Assembly: GCA_038087875.1 (NCBI GenBank)
Contig: CM075995.1
Span: 186,001 to 250,000, forward strand
Direction of reading: 5' to 3'
DNA: 64,000 nt
DNA from: Malacoraja senta
Lineage: Eukaryota
The notes beneath the pieces were generated by a model. It had not been told where the DNA came from. It did not search any database and saw only the letters and a program-made list of their open reading frames with translations. Positions 62,769-64,000 of this stretch are shown here, piece by piece. Position 1 is the stretch's first letter. Each line of letters opens with the position of its first letter. Made by a program: the position numbers and the translations under genes.

Positions 62769-64000
62769 CTGCAACGGTCGAGACAGACAATGGCACAACA
62801 TCACACCACAAATGACAGTTCATTAATCAGGCCACAAGCATGCAAGTTAGTTGATCAACAAACATCAATATTCTACACAAGCAACGGCGAATTGCATTTC
62901 ATCAGCAAAAATAACTTGTGCATCTTCACCCGTATCAACGAGTCAGATCGATTTAAGAAAAAAAAAACGGAAGCCTGTCATAATTAAAACAAAAGGTGCT
63001 GCAATTTGTTGCTCTTCATGCAAAACTGGCACATCTGCTTTGCACACCAGGGGGATGTTCATTCTCCACGCTATTCGAGACACTACTTGACATGCACATG
63101 GAGCTTTATTTTTTTTAGAATACGGACATGCACAGCTTTAGGTTGCAGCGAGTTTTAAATCTTCTCTGCAGAGCTTCATGCAGATTATTTAATTCAGTTA
63201 CCCGAACCCTACTCATATAAAAGGAACTTTGCACTGAGCCTAAATGGTATATGCTATTCAGCAGCACCAATGTTGATTGCCACCATGAACTCTTCCATGA
63301 TGCAATATTAATTTGATTAAAGGGGTTACTATAGTTTTAGGAAAGCAATCCATCAGGCCTGTTCCCCCCCTCCCCTTATTTCCCCATATCCCTTCAAATG
63401 ATTCTCTCTCATACATGCCCATCAACTCCCCTTTGATTCATTACCATGTAGTTACATGAGGGACAATGTACAACAGCCAATTAAGCTACTAGCAAGTGTT
63501 TGTTTAGTTTTGTTTAGTTTACCGCCGACCAGCGATCCCCGTACACTCGCACTATCCTACACACTAGGGGCAATTTCCAATTTTTACCGAAGCCAATTAA
63601 CCTACAGGCCTGCACGTCTTTGGAGTGTGGGAGGAGCCGGAGAAATCCCACGCAGGTTACAGGGAGAACGTACAAACTCCATAGAGACAGCGCCCCCGTG
63701 CCTCTGGCGCTGTAAGGCAGCAACTCTACCGCTGCCGTGGGGCAGAACTGGAGCATTTTTCAGAATCTACATGGTCACGGGAAGAGTATGCAAGCTCACC
63801 TAAATAGCACCCAAGATCAGGATCCAGTCTGGGCCATTAGACTCGTGACGCCGCAGCACTTACAACTGGGCCGCTGTGCTGCCCCACGATCATTATCAAG
63901 TTAAAAAACTCCCAACCAGCCGCTGAAATCCAGGTTGCTAAGCATATTTCTTTTAGAGGTACCAGTAAATATTTGGAAAACATTGCATGACGGAGGATGA

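Overview
Repeat-rich vertebrate genomic DNA, not prokaryotic. The repeat families suggest a cartilaginous fish, probably a skate or ray (inference). The window covers the TPMT / NHLRC1 / KIF13A neighbourhood, syntenic with human 6p22.3. It holds five + strand TPMT coding exons (4343-17058; 140/93/133/53/75 nt, all AG/GT), an intronless NHLRC1 (malin) CDS on the - strand (23187-24419), the terminal TPMT coding exon on the opposite (-) strand (34128-34234), a 200-N gap (35897-36096) and the last three identifiable coding exons of KIF13A on the - strand (62768 to 49952), ending in a CAP-Gly domain. The rest is mostly mobile DNA: a complete non-autonomous Helitron, a TAG..CTA DNA transposon with a 7-bp TSD and an orphan ORF, hAT and Harbinger MITEs, a near-intact L1-clade ORF2, a near-full-length CR1, Rex1/Babar fragments, tRNA-derived SINEs and Penelope-type palindromic repeats with minimal hammerhead-ribozyme cores. 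Most notable are the split, inverted TPMT with two exons not found, replacement of both substrate-binding arginines in TPMT, the hammerhead-like cores, the orphan Tudor-like ORF and a 127-bp target-site duplication. Homology calls come from recalled sequences, not database searches; repeat boundaries without TSDs are approximate.
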